The translations under genes were made by a program, and so were the position numbers. The notes under the pieces are model-generated. The model did no database searches and was not told where the DNA came from. It saw only the letters and a list, made by a program, of their open reading frames with translations. A DNA stretch of 64,000 nt from NCBI RefSeq assembly GCF_009914755.1, contig NC_060936.1; one strand, 5' to 3'. Source of the DNA: the human T2T-CHM13v2.0 reference genome, Homo sapiens. This document shows positions 59,762 to 64,000 of the stretch, in pieces (the stretch's first letter is position 1; each line of letters starts with the position of its first letter).

Positions 59762-61994
59762 AAGTCAGTTCTTATTTAGAGCAAAGATTTTTTTTCGCTG
59801 ATGCAAACTATTTAAGCTATTTATGTAGTACTTATTCCCCTGCACAGACATGTGATAGCCACATATTTAAAGTCTGTAAATAATACTATCAAAATGATCT
59901 TAATCTTCTAAATCTCACAAATGTTTATATTTTACAACCCAATCAAAAATTAATGCTAAACAAGCCAATCATAGAGCAAAGATTTTTAACCTCTGCATCT
60001 GTCGTCATGTTTTGGGCAACATGTGCAGCCTACCAGCTCTCTTCTGTGCCTTCATGACCTAGAAGCTACATGTGGGGTGGCAGCATCACAAAAATCAAAG
60101 TAGCCTGAGTCCCTAAGTAATTGCATGAGGGACCACCACCATAGAGGGTTGACTGACTCCCAACAGAATTTATGTAAGAGAAACAAAGCTTGATTGTCTA
60201 AAATCACAGAGACTTCTGGGTTTGCTTGTTACTGCATTCATAAGCTTATCCTAACTAATACAACAACTAAATCATCTTATGTATCCCTGGTGGTATACAC
60301 AATAAAACCTTGGCATACATTTGACTTGGCTATTTCTAAGATCCCACTTAGCTCTGAGACTCGATAATCCTAACCTCTTATGATAGCATGACCCTAATTA
60401 TTTACCCAGATCACACCTCTGGGTCTCTGAAACATAAATTTGCAGACTGACATTGCCACCCAGCCCTCTAGTATATGAGGAGATACGTCTAAAGATGCTA
60501 CCAGGCCCTCCCAGAATGGAAAAGCATGAAACTGAGGGATTTTTTTCTGCGACTGTGAAGCTTCTATATTTATTGCCCAGCCAGCTGCATTTCACCCTGT
60601 GCTGGGCAACGGTTCCTAGATGAACCCAACCCAAAGCCCTTCTCCCCATGAGCCTTTCTACAATCCAAACCCTCCCAATTAAGGAGACAACTTTGAAATT
60701 AACCCTAACTAAGTCTCAGAAGTGTCCTTGGACTTCAAGCAAGCTGAGTACCTTGGGGGACTTATTCTGGCTCTTGTTGGACTTGATACTCATGTCTACC
60801 GAAGTGTCAGGTGACTTGGGTTCCAATCACAGCTCTCGCATTCCTAGCAGTGTGAACTCTGACAAGTTACATGGCCTCTCTGAGTCATATCTTCAACTGT
60901 AAAATGTGGATAATAATAGTACCTGCCTCCTAGGATTGTCCTGAGGATATACAGAGCATAAAACTAGTGCCCCAACGTCAATGAAAAAAAGGAGCCCTTT
61001 GTGTAAGCAGAATGGGGGAAAGCACCCATAACCAAACTCTAATCAGACAAAGTGTCAGCTCTTTAGCCATTGGAGTCACCAGTAAACTTGGCCTGAGAGA
61101 GTAACCCTTCAATTCACTATTGCTGTCTAGCTAAGACAGGCTTCTCGGGGTGCCATTGTTATCAGGGATGGGGAGGAATGGGACAGAGCACCAGTACCTT
61201 TTGATGAGGAGGAGAGTCACTGCTTAGGTACTGCTGGGGAAGTCCCAGTCAGGCAGTGAGATGCTCCAGGCACTAAAAAGACAGCATGAAACGGGCACAT
61301 ATATCACTTCTTCACTTGAAGTCCCAGTTTCTTCCCGCATCAAATCCACAGGCTATATTGAGGGTCTAAAGTGGCTGCCACAGATTTTAAAATGTGGAGA
61401 CCCTGCGAGGTGTTATCATTGCTATTGCCAACATCATTACTGCATACGCTTCTCCCCATGAAAAGCCCTTACAGAAACTCCCCCGCCACCCCCATATTTT
61501 CTCCCTCAGAGCCCCATACTACGTGGATGGATAAATAAAAAACCAATGCTTTTCAATTTCCAGGACCCTCCTGAGATCATTATTCACTCTCCAAGAGGGT
61601 AGCTTTTAATTCTGCTATAAATGAGAGGCTGGCCTTTAACTCCCCACTCTCTGTTGTCATGGAAACTGGTGCACTAGCAACTTGGCGTGGAAACAAGAAA
61701 TGGGTATTCTTTTTCCATCAAGAAGAGGAAAGGCTGGGAGAACTTCAAGGTAGGAGGTGGAGACCTTGCACTCTATGTGATCTCCCTTTGAAAAGGAACC
61801 ACCCAAAAGATGCCAATAAGGAAATTCTATTGCAGAGCCCTAGAACTAACTTCAGGACCATGGAGAGCTCCCTGAAAAGTTAAAGGTTGAGCCAGGAGCA
61901 GGAGAAAAAATGAAGTCAGTAGCTACACCATATCCTCAACTTCTACAGAAGACAAAGTATAAAAGGCAGGGACTGTGCTGCAGAGGCGAGAAGA

Positions 61995-62095
61995 CGAGAG
62001 GGGAGGAGAGAGGAGTGGAGAGGAGGGGAAGGGAGGGGAGGGGAGGGGAGGGGAGGGGAGGGAAGGGAAGGGAAGGAAAGGGAAGGGAAGGGAAG
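61995..62095 (+). repeat. (GGGGA)n/(GGGAA)n polypurine tract
   Basis: direct inspection. Confidence 0.9.
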
Positions 62096-63099
62096 GATCC
62101 CTCTGGCATTAATCCGTCTTAGTCCCAATCCCAAATTCCCAGGATAAAGACTCTACATGGGGAGGTGTTTCCCCTTTAGCTAATTTGCTATGAATAGGGA
62201 AAGTGGGACCTCACTGGACACATGTGGCCAGTGGGTACACATCCAGGGACCCTGTGGATCAGAGAGGTGCGAGAAGCAGTGTTCAAGAAGATGGGAATGA
62301 ATGTGAGCTGTGCGAGATCTCATAAACTCACTGTGGCAATGATAGATCCTGGACCCTAAAAATAGAAAGAATGCATTCTCTAAAAGCTGAGAAATTTGGC
62401 CAAGGAAGGAATTGGGGTCCATCCTACATGGAAGCCAGTAATGGGGATGGGAGAGTTAAGCCAAACCCATGAACTTTAAAAAGCATCCAACTTCTACTCA
62501 GTAGTCATTGAAATGGTCTCCATAAAGCTCCGAGGCAAAATTATAGATCATCATTTTAATTGAGTGAAATTGGCTATACATTAATATTCATGATTATTAG
62601 AGCAGCTAATTTTCCTCTTTATAGAAAGTGAGTGGGGGATCATTTCAGCTGCTACTTACTTTTCCTCCCTTTGATTTCTGCGGAGGAGGTGAAAGAATAA
62701 AACACACAGCACTTGGAATCAGCCATCAATTTTGGAATGTTGGGTAATTATCAAGGATTTTTTAAATTGCTTTGACCTCTTAGAGGGACTGCGTAGAAGC
62801 ATTCTATGAATATTAAAAAAAAAATGCACCTGCTAGCCTCCAGGCCTGGTCCCTTTGGCCAAATAAGGGCAGGTGACTTAAATGACATAAGCACCCCATC
62901 CACTCCACTGCCCCACCAACCCACCAAGGATGAAAATAACAACAACAATAACAATAATAACAGTCATCAGAGCCCATGCTGGGTGCAGCCAAGATGGGAT
63001 GAGAGTGCACAGGTAGGGTGACAAGGGTGTCCATGCATGGAAGGGGTGGCAGCTGAAACAGGAGAATCGTTACATTGACCACTGAGTATAAATGGATTT

Positions 63100-64000
63100 C
63101 TCACTGTCAGAGAAAGGAGTCACAAATGTGGAAAGGAAGAGAACCAGAATGAGCTCTATGGTGATGGATTGGAGTCAGAGGTGTATTAACGTGACTTTCT
63201 GGTTTCCAATATGGAGAAAAAAATCTAATAAATATAGATGTAAACATGTTTGTACATGTGTATATCTACATACACATACATGTGTGCACACACACATGTA
63301 CTCCCTAGATTTGCACATTAAGAGGACCTGGAATCAGTGCTGCCCTAATAGCTATAAACATACTTTACACCAATATCTTTGTTTCCAGATATTCTCCACT
63401 AAATTGAATCAAGGCACTTTAGGGAAATGGCTGATTCCAAGGCTGGCTCCAGGAAAAAACAAGATAACTGGAACATCTTGTGCCAGAAAGCAAGAAAACA
63501 TTCAAAGTATCATAGGGGTCACATCAAGGGACACAGACACCAGCTTGAAGTGGCTCTCACCAGCCAAAAATGACGTGATTTGAGAATCAAAATAAATGAG
63601 AATAGTAATGAATTACAGCCCACTCAAAAAACTAGCATGGAATGAGTTCATACTGATATAAATAAATGAATGAATAAAGTAAATGTTTGATACTGAATAG
63701 GATATTTACATAATTTCAAAGACCCTCCCCACAAAAAATACTGCGAAGACAGAAAGAGTAATTTTAGAGTGGAGAGAAGTCCCCTGTGGGGAGGGCCCCT
63801 CAATTAAGTGACCAGAGTGAATGCCAGCAGTAATCACATGCCATCCAACAGGGTTCCATGAGAAGGATGCCACGTCTTTCACATGCTATTCCTGCCCAAG
63901 ATGCATGACCTGAATCTATTCACCAGGGAGCATCAGACACACCCACACAGAGTGACATTCCACAAAATGCTGGCTGTCCCCTCCAAAAGCATCACGAGAG
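63100..64000 (+). mobile_element. L1MC/MD-type 3' UTR
   Basis: gggaaatggctgattccaaggctgg...ggaacatcttgtgccagaaagcaag. Confidence 0.7.

Noticed and set aside
59777-59987. 16 bp direct repeat tagagcaaagattttt about 195 bp apart
   Set aside because: Probably decayed hAT-type termini or an old TSD; I could not define an element.
63092-63583. 163 aa ORF
   Set aside because: Lies in an old L1 3' UTR with CA/TA simple repeat; chance ORF.

Overview
This is primate, very likely human, non-coding DNA, based on Alu, SVA, LTR7, MER41 and LTR10 content. It is dominated by transposable elements and contains no intact protein-coding gene that I can support; the supplied ORFs are Alu-, LTR- or microsatellite-derived or chance ORFs. 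Main structures: (1) an ancient minus-strand ERVL provirus (LTR16-type LTRs, ~7.3-19.2 kb) carrying a deep stack of nested insertions: MST, MLT1, a 5'-inverted L1, many Alus, a ~380 bp GAAA/GGAA tract and a 5'-truncated SVA inside the RT region. (2) A dense cluster of solo LTRs at 26-49 kb (MLT2A, MLT2, MER4-group, three MER41A plus one other MER41-type, LTR10, LTR7). (3) The most unusual signal, two ~270 bp diverged inverted copies of a sequence I cannot match to any repeat family (44765-45040 and 46761-47040). Their shared frame resembles the TM1-TM3 region of a class A GPCR, but with stops. Repeat subfamily names come from recall of consensus sequences, not a database search, and boundaries without TSDs are approximate.
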